Shown: piece by piece, positions 9,571-18,512 of the stretch
Layout: every line of letters starts with the position of its first letter
How positions within the stretch are numbered: the stretch's first letter is position 1
Origin: a virus
Lineage: Duplodnaviria; Caudoviricetes
DNA: 64,000 nucleotides
Virus record (IMG/VR): IMGVR_UViG_3300044858_005176
Span: 2,131-66,130 of that record
Reading direction: 5' to 3' (one strand)
Notes under the pieces: model-generated
What the model saw: the letters and a program-made list of their open reading frames with translations, nothing else
Database searches by the model: none
Told to the model about the DNA's origin: nothing
Program-made: the position numbers and the translations under genes

Positions 9571-9585
9571 GTCTTACGATAAGAC
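9571..9585. promoter_or_regulatory. Palindrome site 2 GTCTTA-CGA-TAAGAC
   Basis: Intergenic, abutting the terminator stem. Confidence 0.7.
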
Positions 9586-9590
9586 TAATC

Positions 9591-9860
9591 TCATTCTGAA
9601 ATAGGGTGGTTCTTGATTAGCCACTCCACGGCGTGAAGGAGTTCATCGAAGGCCAGATAGTGAGCATGGGAAAAATACTCCTTGATGGCTTGAGCCTCGT
9701 TGGGAGGGAATTGTTCCGCGTCGAGATACCCTTCGTATTCTTCGCTCATGGAAGACTTGAGCTTTTCCAGCCGTTCCAGAATCGACTTTCTGATCCAGTA
9801 AGGATGTTTTCCTTGATCTGGATTTCTAGGATCCAGAATAGTTGGAATATCTTGGTTCAT
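9591..9860 (-). CDS. Hypothetical protein
   Basis: ATGA overlap with AAA gene; lower GC. Confidence 0.55.
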   Translation of the reverse strand: MNQDIPTILDPRNPDQGKHPYWIRKSILERLEKLKSSMSEEYEGYLDAEQFPPNEAQAIKEYFSHAHYLAFDELLHAVEWLIKNHPISE

Positions 9861-11374
9861 TTGACGATCTTGCGGGTCTTTTCCTTGGCGAAGGCTGATC
9901 CCACGGGGATGGAGGCGGGCTGGGCGCGGCCTTGGAGGCGGTTCCTGCGAGCCTCGATCTGTGCCGCCATGGTCTTGGAAGTCGGGATGGTCGCCTTGCA
10001 GATTTCCACGATATCGGAGGTGGTCGGCTCCCGCTCATGGTTGAAGGCGAATGTCGCCGCCTTGATCCATGTCTGCTCGATCTGACGGCCCGAGAAGCCG
10101 TCTGAAGACGCCGCGATGGCGTCGAGGTCGAACTCCTCGGGATCGCGTCCGCGCTCCCCGCGCACCTTGGCAATGTGGATCGACCAGATGGCCCTGCGCT
10201 CCGACTCATGGGGCAGATCCACCGACCAGCACTCCAGCCGGTCAATCACCGGATCGGGGATATTGTCGATGTCATTGGCCGTGAAGATGAAGAAGATCCC
10301 CTTGGAGTTGTCCTGCATATCCTGAAGGATCGTCTTGATGACGCGGTTGGTGGTTCCTCCGTCATGGCTTCCGCCACCGGCTCCGCTGAAGAGTCCGTCG
10401 GCCTCATCGACCCAGAGGATACAGGGGGCGACGGCGCGAGCCGTGGCGAAGGCCGTGCGCCAGTTGGCCTCGCTCTGACCGACCAGTGATCCGAAGAGCT
10501 TGGAGGCTTCCAGTCGAAGCAGTGGGATATTGAAGATACTGCCAAGAGCCTTGGCGGTGAGGGATTTGCCGGTTCCAGGTTGGCCGACCACGATGGCTCC
10601 GCGAGGGGCTTCCAGCCCGTAGGCGGCCGCCTCCTTGGTGAAGAGCTTGCGCTTCATGGAGAAGTCTTGCTTGAGGGCTTCGAGTCCGCCGATGGAGTCG
10701 AGTGAGACGGCGGGGGGAACCAGTTCCAGAAGTCCGTTCTTGGCGATGGTGTTGCTCTTCTCTCGTGCGATGATCTTGGGATCGACCGACCCACACTCCA
10801 CGATGGAGAGGGCGAAGGCATCCTCGGCCTCGCCGGTGGTCAGGCCGCTGGCCGCATCGAGGATCGCGCAGAGCGTGTTCTCATCCCCTATCTCCACCCC
10901 GTTGGTCGTGCAGATGGAGGTGAGGACGGCATGGAGGGCTTCATGGTCGGGCAGGGAGAACTCAATCGGGGTGATGAGCTTCTCCAATTCGGCCGGGATC
11001 TTGAGCGTCGAGGCGAGCACGAGCAGGGTGATCCCGCGTGCCTTGGCATTGTAGAGGGATTCCTTGAACTTGCGGATCAGGACGGCGTGCATCGGATAAT
11101 CGGGCGTCATGAAGAAATGGAAGTCACGCAGGAGCAGGAGAGAGTCGTCGGGCATGGAGAGGATGCCGTCCAGCACCTCGACGGGATCATGCAGGGCCTC
11201 CACCGATCCATCGGTGACATTCTGGCGGCCCGTGGAGATGCTCCATGCGTAGAGGGCGCGAGGTGTCTCCTTGGCGACCTCGGCCAGAAGCCTCTCGATG
11301 CGTTGCTCCTCATGGGAGACAAGGTAGAGGGCGGGATAACCGGCGCGGAGGTAGTTGATGATGCGTGTTTTCAT
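9857..11374 (-). CDS. Ycf46-like AAA+ ATPase
   Basis: Degenerate N-terminal AAA (LLRDFH) plus active AAA: GQPGTGKS, LWVDEAD, FTAN, FSGRQIE. Confidence 0.85.
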   Translation of the reverse strand: MKTRIINYLRAGYPALYLVSHEEQRIERLLAEVAKETPRALYAWSISTGRQNVTDGSVEALHDPVEVLDGILSMPDDSLLLLRDFHFFMTPDYPMHAVLIRKFKESLYNAKARGITLLVLASTLKIPAELEKLITPIEFSLPDHEALHAVLTSICTTNGVEIGDENTLCAILDAASGLTTGEAEDAFALSIVECGSVDPKIIAREKSNTIAKNGLLELVPPAVSLDSIGGLEALKQDFSMKRKLFTKEAAAYGLEAPRGAIVVGQPGTGKSLTAKALGSIFNIPLLRLEASKLFGSLVGQSEANWRTAFATARAVAPCILWVDEADGLFSGAGGGSHDGGTTNRVIKTILQDMQDNSKGIFFIFTANDIDNIPDPVIDRLECWSVDLPHESERRAIWSIHIAKVRGERGRDPEEFDLDAIAASSDGFSGRQIEQTWIKAATFAFNHEREPTTSDIVEICKATIPTSKTMAAQIEARRNRLQGRAQPASIPVGSAFAKEKTRKIVK

Positions 11375-11760
11375 GAGTTGATGATGGAGAGGATTTGTTC
11401 GCAGTCGTGGGAGGGGATCCTTTGGCTTTCCCCGATGTAGGTCTCTATTTTGAGGAGTCGGTCGGAGTCGGAGAGATTCGAGGGGGCTTCAGTCGTTTCC
11501 AGAAGCCCCTCCTCCTCCAGCCAGAATTCCAGCTTCCAGAGCAACTCCTTGGGAACCATGTCGGAATCAATCTCGTGGCCGGTCTCCTTCTGGAATTCCT
11601 CCAACTCCCCTTCGGTCAGGTTGATCGTCTCGCTGGGATTAAGACCTAGCACTATTTCCTCGTTGCGGATGGATGTGATGGTCACAAGCCCGGGCAGGTC
11701 GGTTCGGTCATCCTTTCCGGCAAACATGAGCTTCCCTGCTTCAATGGTGGTTATGGTCAT
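11371..11760 (-). CDS. Hypothetical acidic protein
   Basis: ATGA overlaps on both sides. Confidence 0.6.
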   Translation of the reverse strand: MTITTIEAGKLMFAGKDDRTDLPGLVTITSIRNEEIVLGLNPSETINLTEGELEEFQKETGHEIDSDMVPKELLWKLEFWLEEEGLLETTEAPSNLSDSDRLLKIETYIGESQRIPSHDCEQILSIINS

Positions 11761-11948
11761 GCCTGCTGATGGGTCTTGGTGGAGGTGGAGTTCATGGCGA
11801 AGTATTCGCTCTTCTTACGGCGAGAGGAGGGGACGCCGAGTGCTTTTTCGAGTTCGGCGGTGGTCTTCTCACAGGCGTTGCCGGTGAACCCCGTGGTCTC
11901 GATGGTGATGGCCCCTTGGGAATCGACGCTGATTTCTACAAGTTTCAT
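11757..11948 (-). CDS. DUF2997-like protein
   Basis: G.ITIETTGFTGNACEKTTAELEKALG; typical neighbour of Ycf46-type AAA. Confidence 0.8.
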   Translation of the reverse strand: MKLVEISVDSQGAITIETTGFTGNACEKTTAELEKALGVPSSRRKKSEYFAMNSTSTKTHQQA

Positions 11949-12391
11949 GCGATGCAGTTGAGTTTGATGGTCTCCCCGACGAGCTTCCTGCTCACGATCC
12001 AGCCCTTGGCGCGTGCGGCTTTCTCGGCGACATGGACGCCGTACATCTGCTTGATGCGAGAGAGTCCGTCGCCGAAATGCTTGCGGAGTTTCTCCCCGTC
12101 ATGCGCCCCGCTCTGGCCGTAGAAGTCGAAGAGCAGGGTGAAGGTTCCCTCTTTGACGGGATTCTTGACGACGCCGATCTCGTAGTTCACGCCTGGGAGT
12201 CGGATGGCGTGCTCACATTTGCCAAGCTGATCCTGGGTGAACCCTGCTGGCAGGGGGTAGTCTCCCACATGTCGGCCATACCAGTTGTAGGTGGTGCGGC
12301 CATGGATGAAGGCGGCTCCCAGCTCGCCGACGGCGCTTTCCAGCGCGTCAAGGTCGCGGATCTCGATGTCAATGGATGTTACATGGGACAT
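11945..12391 (-). CDS. DUF1257 (Ycf35)-like protein
   Basis: MSHVTSIDIEIRDLDALESAV.ELG...YEIG...IKQMYG...A..KGW. Confidence 0.8.
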   Translation of the reverse strand: MSHVTSIDIEIRDLDALESAVGELGAAFIHGRTTYNWYGRHVGDYPLPAGFTQDQLGKCEHAIRLPGVNYEIGVVKNPVKEGTFTLLFDFYGQSGAHDGEKLRKHFGDGLSRIKQMYGVHVAEKAARAKGWIVSRKLVGETIKLNCIA

Positions 12392-12656
12392 GGTTGTTCT
12401 CCTCGATGGTCTGGACTAGGGTGAGGGCATCCTGCAACAGATCCATCATGATGGATCGGTCGCATTCGGCGAAGTAAGCGGCGGCTTCAAGCACGATCCG
12501 CAGTTCTTCCACGGGGTTTGTTGGTTTTGGCATGGGATAGGATGTCGCGCCACGCGCTGCCGATATACTTCTCGAACTCCACGGGGTAGGCCATCATCAG
12601 GCCCAGGAGGTGTCGTTTGAACTCGGTGTCACGGGCTTTCTTTTCAGCTTTGGTTT

Positions 12657-12959
12657 TCATGAGTCGTGAGTCTTATCGTAAGACCGCGCCATGTTCTCGA
12701 AACCATTCTCGTAGTTCCACTCGGCGCAGTCGAAGAGCTGACGCTCGAAGTCGAGGCACTCGTCGCGGCTCTCGTGTCTCCAGAGAACGGGGGAGAGAGA
12801 TCCGTCCTCAAGGACGATCTGCACGCCCCACTGCTGGTTCCGCTCGTCCCACTCGATGACCGATGCGCGGCGGATGGTCAGCTTGCCGATGGTGGCAAGG
12901 GGGAGTGCGTCGGTATGCAGGCACCGCATGGTGCCGTCTGCTGGGAAGGAGAGAATCAC
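12657..12959 (-). CDS. Hypothetical protein of the AAA/DUF1257 module
   Basis: DGTMRCLHTDALPLATIGKLTIRRASVIEWD...QW pattern; overlaps upstream gene. Confidence 0.6.
   Translation of the reverse strand: MILSFPADGTMRCLHTDALPLATIGKLTIRRASVIEWDERNQQWGVQIVLEDGSLSPVLWRHESRDECLDFERQLFDCAEWNYENGFENMARSYDKTHDS
12670..12684. promoter_or_regulatory. Palindrome site 3 GTCTTA-TCG-TAAGAC
   Basis: At 3' end of ORF 12657-12959 (reads SYDKT). Confidence 0.7.
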
Positions 12960-13153
12960 AGGGTCGGTTGTCTCTTGAGCTTGTCGAAGATACTATGGCG
13001 TTTTACAAGGAAATCAGCCACTCGGTCGGCGTTGTCATTGTCAAAGACCAGATGGCCGCACTCGGCATTGACGGCCTGCTTGATCTCCTCGATCAAGCTG
13101 GTCGGAGCATCTTCGGGGATGTGCAGGAAGCAGGGGATGACGCGGTAGTTCAT
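12956..13153 (-). CDS. Hypothetical protein
   Basis: Packed ORF. Confidence 0.5.
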   Translation of the reverse strand: MNYRVIPCFLHIPEDAPTSLIEEIKQAVNAECGHLVFDNDNADRVADFLVKRHSIFDKLKRQPTL

Positions 13154-13268
13154 GAGAAGTAGAGGGTGGTGATCCTCACGAAGAGGATGGTCAGGATGAA
13201 TGCCAGCAGGAGGCAGAGCCTCACGAAGGGGTAAAAGAGGGGGTGGTTGGTGATGTCGGGCGGGTTTT

Positions 13269-14144
13269 TCATGCGGCCTTGGAGAGCTTGCGGGTGGAGG
13301 ATCCGAACTGAAGGGCGATGTTGTGGGCTTGGGCGGCGGCCAACTGGCGCGTCACCTTGCTGTCGCGCAACCGCTCGGAGGTGAAGTTGAGCTTGCTACG
13401 GGCGGCGTTGAAGACCTGGTTGATTTGGGGATCGTTGTTGATGTTGAGCATGGGGACGCGATCCAGATACTCCTGGAGCTTGGCAAGCGGCCCCTTGCGC
13501 TTCTCGCTGTCGATGATCGGCCCGTCACCGGCGAGGCTCTCGGCGGTGTCGGCGATGAGGGTCAGCATCGTGTTGAGGATGGTGCGGCGCACCTGCTCGC
13601 TGACATTGGCGAGACGGGTCTCGTATTCGGCGGCGAGCTTCTTGCCAAGATCGTCGGTGAAGGCGTCGGCGATGAATTGGTTGGGCTGGGGCATGGGCAG
13701 AACCCCGAACTTGAAGTCAAAGGCCGAGGCGATGGATTCGCGGCTTGGGTAATCCTCCACGCGGAAGGTGCCGTTCTTATCAATGCGCTCCTGCTCCATG
13801 ATGAGATCCCAGTTGTCCATGAACTCCTGTGCCAGACGGCGATGCTCGGCGGCGTGCTTCTCCATGACGGAGAGCCAATGCTCGCGCTCCCCGAGGACGA
13901 CCAAGCGGATGTTGCCGATGCCCTCGAAGGTGAGCCGGTGGTGATCCTTGCGGGCGCGCGCCTCGGCCTTGGAGATGGCGGCTAGGTGGTCGCCGTAGAG
14001 TTGCTTGACCACACGGGCGGCGTTCTTGCCCATGCGATGGGCCTCCACGAGACCCTCGGTGAGTTCCTCGTCGGTCTTGGATGTCCCTGGTCGGCTGATC
14101 TTGATGGATGCCTGCCAGAGGTTGTTAACATTCGGCGTGTTCAT
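13269..14144 (-). CDS. DUF3150-like helical protein
   Basis: F.VEDYPSRESIASAFDF.F; helical; upstream of the AAA module. Confidence 0.55.
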   Translation of the reverse strand: MNTPNVNNLWQASIKISRPGTSKTDEELTEGLVEAHRMGKNAARVVKQLYGDHLAAISKAEARARKDHHRLTFEGIGNIRLVVLGEREHWLSVMEKHAAEHRRLAQEFMDNWDLIMEQERIDKNGTFRVEDYPSRESIASAFDFKFGVLPMPQPNQFIADAFTDDLGKKLAAEYETRLANVSEQVRRTILNTMLTLIADTAESLAGDGPIIDSEKRKGPLAKLQEYLDRVPMLNINNDPQINQVFNAARSKLNFTSERLRDSKVTRQLAAAQAHNIALQFGSSTRKLSKAA

Positions 14145-14346
14145 GTTGGGCGATGATTTGTTCGGTTTGTTCCACTAACTCCTCGTGATGCTCATGGACG
14201 GCCCTTACCAAGCCGTCGAAGTCCTCGGATGGCCCGAAGGCATGGGCCAGATCGAAAACCTTCCCCACATGGAGTCCGTAGCTCTCGGCAAGCTGGGTCA
14301 GGTAGTCGGTGCGATTGGCGAATCCGTTGCGCTCGTAGGGGTTCAT
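14125..14346 (-). CDS. Hypothetical protein
   Basis: MNPYERNGFANRTDYL..LAESYG...FGPSEDFDGLV. Confidence 0.65.
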   Translation of the reverse strand: MNPYERNGFANRTDYLTQLAESYGLHVGKVFDLAHAFGPSEDFDGLVRAVHEHHEELVEQTEQIIAQHEHAEC

Positions 14347-15512
14347 GCGACGGCCTCCTCTTTCTTTTCTTCAGCCTTGGGCTTGGGCTTGGTTGTCCCG
14401 TCCACCCTCATGGGCATGAGGATCGTCAGGATGTCGGGATGGATGGCGGAGGTGAACACCCCTGGGGAGGTCTCCCCGATGAGGGTCAGCGTGCCGCATC
14501 GGTTGGCGACCGCGTCGGTGAGGTAGCGCGGGTCGAAGGCAATGGTTTCGACATCCCCCTTGACCACGGCGGGGCTTGAGAACTCGGCCCCGCCCGAGGA
14601 GAAGGTGAACTTCACCTCGCCTGGCCGGAAGGAGAGCCTCACGCTCTGACCCTTGGCCTCGCGCCCCTTGGGGGTGAACTTGGCGAGCAGGGATCGGACG
14701 GCCTCCGAGTCGAAGCGCACGACAGACTTGCCCTGTTCGGGAATGACTTGCCTCCACTTGGGTAAGTGGGCGTCGAGTAACTTGGAAACGAGTCTTATGG
14801 TAAGACTGCCTTTCTTCTCGAAGATCGCACTTCCGCCAGTCGCGCCATTATCACGCGAGTCGAGTCGGATCGTCATGCCCTCTTCCAGTAGTCGGCAGGT
14901 CTCCTTGGGAACGATGATGTCGCGCTGGACGGGGGCGATGTTGCGGTGGAGGAAGAGGCGACGGCCATCGGTGGCCACGGCGTTGCCATCGTCACTCCAG
15001 AGCATCCCTCGTAGGTTGTGACGGGTCTCGTCGTCGCTGACGCAGTTGATCCCCAGCGAGACGGCCTTCACGAAGGAATCGGCGGCGACCGGCTGGGAGA
15101 GGGATGTCACCGACGGCTCCGCGTCGAACTCGGCGGCGGAAATCCCACCGGCCACGGGGATGGTGGCGGCCATCCCGTCACAGGTGATCCCGATATGGGT
15201 GGCGGTCAGTTCCACGATGCTCCCCTTGTCGGCACTTTTGACGGCTTGGCCGAAGAGATCGGAGGGGAGCAGGAAGGCGGCGGTCTCCCGCGCCAGAGCC
15301 ATCTGGGCGAGCTTTCGGGCGATGGCACTCCTTGGCTTGCCCGACGGGATGGAGATGGTCAGCCATCTGTCCAGATCGGTGGCCGTGAAGTGAACTCCCT
15401 CTGCATCCCTCTTCACTAGGATAGAGGAGCAGGAGGGGCGGATGGAGTTGGACTTGGCCACGCGCCCGAGACGGCGCACGATTTCCAACAGGGTGGTTTG
15501 AGGGACTTGCAT
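14343..15512 (-). CDS. dnaN: DNA polymerase III beta sliding clamp-like protein
   Basis: ATDLD, VATDGRRL, PKWRQVIP, IAFDPRYLTDA, ILMPMR. Confidence 0.85.
   Translation of the reverse strand: MQVPQTTLLEIVRRLGRVAKSNSIRPSCSSILVKRDAEGVHFTATDLDRWLTISIPSGKPRSAIARKLAQMALARETAAFLLPSDLFGQAVKSADKGSIVELTATHIGITCDGMAATIPVAGGISAAEFDAEPSVTSLSQPVAADSFVKAVSLGINCVSDDETRHNLRGMLWSDDGNAVATDGRRLFLHRNIAPVQRDIIVPKETCRLLEEGMTIRLDSRDNGATGGSAIFEKKGSLTIRLVSKLLDAHLPKWRQVIPEQGKSVVRFDSEAVRSLLAKFTPKGREAKGQSVRLSFRPGEVKFTFSSGGAEFSSPAVVKGDVETIAFDPRYLTDAVANRCGTLTLIGETSPGVFTSAIHPDILTILMPMRVDGTTKPKPKAEEKKEEAVA
14792..14806. promoter_or_regulatory. Palindrome site 4 GTCTTA-TGG-TAAGAC
   Basis: Inside the dnaN-like gene. Confidence 0.7.
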
Positions 15513-15514
15513 GG

Positions 15515-15691
15515 TCAGGGCTTGATGTAGGCGTTCAGGCCGATGGTGACGGGCTTCCCGTTCACTTGGGCGGTCGTGGTGATGTTGCCGCCGGTGGTGG
15601 CGACTACCAGCGTCTTGCCGCTGGCAGAGGGTCGGGGCTTCTCAAGCGGGATCTCGATGGTCAGGGTGTTGTTGGCGATGGTGGCTTTCAT
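15515..15691 (-). CDS. Small beta-rich hypothetical protein
   Basis: PSASGKTLVVATTGGN; ATG 15691 lies after the terminator. Confidence 0.7.
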   Translation of the reverse strand: MKATIANNTLTIEIPLEKPRPSASGKTLVVATTGGNITTTAQVNGKPVTIGLNAYIKP

Positions 15692-15735
15692 GGGGTGGGT
15701 GGTGGAAGTGACGGACGGCTTTTCAACAGGTAGGC

Positions 15736-15767
15736 AAAAAAAGTGCCGCCCTCTGCGCGGGGCGGCG
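15736..15767 (-). terminator. Intrinsic terminator (leftward)
   Basis: GCCGCCC/GGGCGGC stem followed by T7 on minus strand. Confidence 0.65.
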
Positions 15768-15806
15768 TTGCGGCTCATTTACAAGGTCTGGAGCGTTGAC
15801 CTGATT

Positions 15807-16727
15807 CTATGCGGCGGCCTTCTTGCCCTTCTTCACTCCCTTCGGGGAAGGGGTGATCCCGCTCTCGGCGAGCTGTCCAGCCAACTCGATGATACGGGCG
15901 GCGACAATCGCCTGGTCGTCGGGTGAGAGATCGGCAAAGGCCAACTCCACCTCGTCGAGGGTGGCCAGCACATCGGCGGCGGTGATGCCGACAGGCTCGG
16001 CATCTTCGCCAAGCGGCTCGTCAAGCTGGGCGACGACCTCAGCCAATCCCTTGGATGGGGATTCGGGCGCGGGGTGTCCGGCATTGGCGTCGGCAATCTC
16101 GGGATCGCTCTTGGCGTTGGCGGCCTGGGCGGCGGCCTCGGCCTTCAATGCCTCGTTCTCGGCCTTGACTCGGGCCAATTCCTCGGCCTCGGCCTCGGCT
16201 CGGGCCTTGGCATCGGCCTCGGCCTTCTCCTTGGCGGCGGCGACCTTGGCCTCGGCCTCGGTGCGCTCGGCGCTGGTCACGCCATGCTCGTAGATGCTGG
16301 CGAGTTCCTCGTCGGGTTCGCCACCGGCACGGATGACGGCGACGACCTCCTCGACGGAGAGCTTCTTGCGGCTCTTGGCCGTCTGCACGCGGCAGATGTT
16401 GAAGCAATCCGCGTGGGAGAGCTGGTCGTACTCGTCCTCCTTGAGCTGTCCGGCCTCGACCAGATCGAAGACCTTGGCGGCGTAGGAGGCGTTGCTGATG
16501 GTGCCCTTCTTGATGCCAGCGGCGATCAGGAGGGGGAAGATGCCTTTATCCTTCTTGGTCAGGCCGCTCTCGATTGCTCGGAACAGCTTGCCCATTGCGG
16601 AGAAGGCGCGTTGACCGGCACTCGCCTCGATACGGAAGCGGGTGATGCGGTCGGCCTGGGCCATGCCCTCGACCTCGGAATAGGAGAGGAACGGCACAGG
16701 AATCTCTGACTTGAGCTTTTTAGCCAT
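15807..16727 (-). CDS. Hypothetical protein, possibly DNA-binding, with Ala/Glu coiled coil
   Basis: Strong codon bias; directly downstream of the 39-bp palindrome. Confidence 0.75.
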   Translation of the reverse strand: MAKKLKSEIPVPFLSYSEVEGMAQADRITRFRIEASAGQRAFSAMGKLFRAIESGLTKKDKGIFPLLIAAGIKKGTISNASYAAKVFDLVEAGQLKEDEYDQLSHADCFNICRVQTAKSRKKLSVEEVVAVIRAGGEPDEELASIYEHGVTSAERTEAEAKVAAAKEKAEADAKARAEAEAEELARVKAENEALKAEAAAQAANAKSDPEIADANAGHPAPESPSKGLAEVVAQLDEPLGEDAEPVGITAADVLATLDEVELAFADLSPDDQAIVAARIIELAGQLAESGITPSPKGVKKGKKAAA

Positions 16728-16750
16728 GTTAGTGTGGGGTTGAACCCGTT

Positions 16751-16789
16751 ACCCATGAGCGAGTCTTACGATAAGACTCGCTCATGGGT
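16751..16789. promoter_or_regulatory. Perfect 39-bp palindrome containing site 5 (GTCTTA-CGA-TAAGAC)
   Basis: ACCCATGAGCGAGTCTTA-CGA-TAAGACTCGCTCATGGGT, 18-bp arms. Confidence 0.85.
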
Positions 16790-16887
16790 TGAGAGGTAGA
16801 ACATGGACGGGTGAAGCCATGTTCCGAAGGTCACTCACACGCATCACCGACGGGTAATGCGGAAAAAAAATTAAAAATTGGCCGCCC

Positions 16888-17484
16888 TTATTCGGGGCGG
16901 CGGTGATCCAAGGGATAGCCAGCGGTATAGATCCTGCTCGGCGTCCAAAATCCTCGGCGGCTATGCTGGCCGCTCGAGTTCTGCCAGATGCCCGGGGTGA
17001 TGTAGTTCCTGGGCTTTTCTTCCCTTGGCTTGAGAATCTCGGCGGCGGCGGTTTCCATCTCGGCGGCGGCGGTCTCGCCGCATCGTTCCTTCACAATCTG
17101 GGCGAAGCGCAACACGCTGGCCGGATCAGTATTAGGCACAATCTTAAAGGTATATTCACCGGCGGCACACTTCAGGAAGGAGATGGCCATTTTTTGCTCC
17201 TGCGATTTTCCCGTCTTGCTCACCTTGAAGCGGGGCGGGCTGAAGGATAGGAACATCTTCCCCTGCTCCATGCTGAAGGCTTGATCGCGAGTCTTACGAT
17301 AAGACTGCCGCGCGGCGCGCGCGGCGGCGCGGATGGCGGCGCGGCGCGCGTCAAATGCGGCGGCGGCGCGCAAGGCGGCGGCGGCGCGGTCGTCACTACT
17401 TGTCCAGGCGGCGACCGGAACGGCGGCGGCATGGAAAAGGCGGTCGGATGCTGAAGGCACGGGGCGGATTTTTTGTAGTTTCAT
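16888..17484 (-). CDS. Ala/Arg-rich hypothetical protein
   Basis: ATG 17484 lies just downstream of the hairpin; atypical GCC/GCG/CGC-rich codons. Confidence 0.6.
   Translation of the reverse strand: MKLQKIRPVPSASDRLFHAAAVPVAAWTSSDDRAAAALRAAAAFDARRAAIRAAARAARQSYRKTRDQAFSMEQGKMFLSFSPPRFKVSKTGKSQEQKMAISFLKCAAGEYTFKIVPNTDPASVLRFAQIVKERCGETAAAEMETAAAEILKPREEKPRNYITPGIWQNSSGQHSRRGFWTPSRIYTAGYPLDHRRPE
17291..17305. promoter_or_regulatory. Palindrome site 6 GTCTTA-CGA-TAAGAC
   Basis: Inside ORF (reads SYRKT). Confidence 0.7.
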
Positions 17485-17498
17485 AAGATGAAGGCACG

Positions 17499-17531
17499 AA
17501 AAAGGCGCGCGCATTTACGCGCGCGCCTTTT
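17499..17531. terminator. Bidirectional-type terminator hairpin
   Basis: AAAAGGCGCGCGC-ATTTAC-GCGCGCGCCTTTT. Confidence 0.7.
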
Positions 17532-17538
17532 CTTGAAA

Positions 17539-18294
17539 TTAAAGGGAAGACATATCGGCGGCCAGCATGGCGGCATCTAGTGAATTGAAGTCAAAGGCAT
17601 AGCGGCGAAGAGAGGCGGCGCGATCTTGCCAAGCGGAGCGGCGATTGTCGCCGCTTGTCGCAACATCTAAAACGGGACAATCCACGGCGAGCGGATCGCG
17701 CGCGCAAATCATGCGGCGGATTGTTTGCAAGTGATAACGCAAAGAGGCGCGCCGTTTGCGCGATTTATCGGCGGAGAAGGCGCGAAACGCGCGAGCGCGC
17801 AAATCGCGCGCAAGGCTGGCAAGCTTCAACCGCTCCGGCGCGCCGCGATAAGAGGCGCGCGGAGTGAGTGAGCGCGCAAAGTGAATCTCTTCTAGTTCAT
17901 CCTCGCGGCCCTTGTCGTGATTCCCTCCGTTCATGCGGAGAAGATCGCGCACAGATCGGAAAATCTCCGCGATCCCGTCTTCTTTTAAGTGAATGCCAGC
18001 CGCTATCAGGGCAAAGACTTCTTGAGCCGCGTCTTGCTTATCCTGCAAGGAAAGGCGGCGCGCTGGCCGCGCGTTCCATGCCGCGCGCCGTTGCGCGCGC
18101 GTCACCTTGCCAACCTTTGCGGGCGCGGTATCTTTGCGCGCCTTTGGATTTTCGATCCTATAGATGACGATTGACGCAAGGCGCGCCGACTCTTCATCTG
18201 GTGCGCGGAGGAAGGCAATCTCTTGCCTTCCTTCCTTTCGCTCCTTTTTGCTAGGGGTGACGATGTTAGTGAATTGGATTGTTGTAGTTTCCAT
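17539..18294 (-). CDS. First early gene; Arg-rich protein with a sigma-region-2-like segment
   Basis: DKQDAAQEVF...IFRSVRDLLR; start at ATG 18294 (or 18312). Confidence 0.55.
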   Translation of the reverse strand: METTTIQFTNIVTPSKKERKEGRQEIAFLRAPDEESARLASIVIYRIENPKARKDTAPAKVGKVTRAQRRAAWNARPARRLSLQDKQDAAQEVFALIAAGIHLKEDGIAEIFRSVRDLLRMNGGNHDKGREDELEEIHFARSLTPRASYRGAPERLKLASLARDLRARAFRAFSADKSRKRRASLRYHLQTIRRMICARDPLAVDCPVLDVATSGDNRRSAWQDRAASLRRYAFDFNSLDAAMLAADMSSL

Positions 18295-18321
18295 AGGCTG
18301 AAAATATCGCATGAAATTGCT

Positions 18322-18487
18322 CTATTTACTAGGGAAAACCGCTCCGCGCGTTCGCGCGTTCTTTCGCTTTCCCCTTCCTATTTACTAGGGAAAACCGCTC
18401 CGCGCGTTCGCGCGTTCTTTCGCTTTCCCCTTCCTATTTACTAGGGAAAACCGCTCCGCGCGTTCGCGCGTTCTTTCGCTTTCCCCT
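18322..18487. repeat. Three tandem 56-bp repeats with internal hairpin
   Basis: CTATTTACTAGGGAAAACCGCTCCGCGCGTTCGCGCGTTCTTTCGCTTTCCCCTTC units start at 18322, 18378, 18434. Confidence 0.95.
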
Positions 18488-18512
18488 CCGCGCGTTCACC
18501 CAGGCCCAGGAC

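Noticed and set aside
9857-11374. ParA partner for ParB
   Set aside because: Classical AAA+ Walker A (GQPGTGKS), not the deviant KGGxGK ParA motif.
15795-15811. Additional GTTGAC...ATG element
   Set aside because: Only 8-nt spacing and antisense to the local genes.
18322-18487. CRISPR array
   Set aside because: Units are contiguous identical repeats with no variable spacers, and no cas genes are present.
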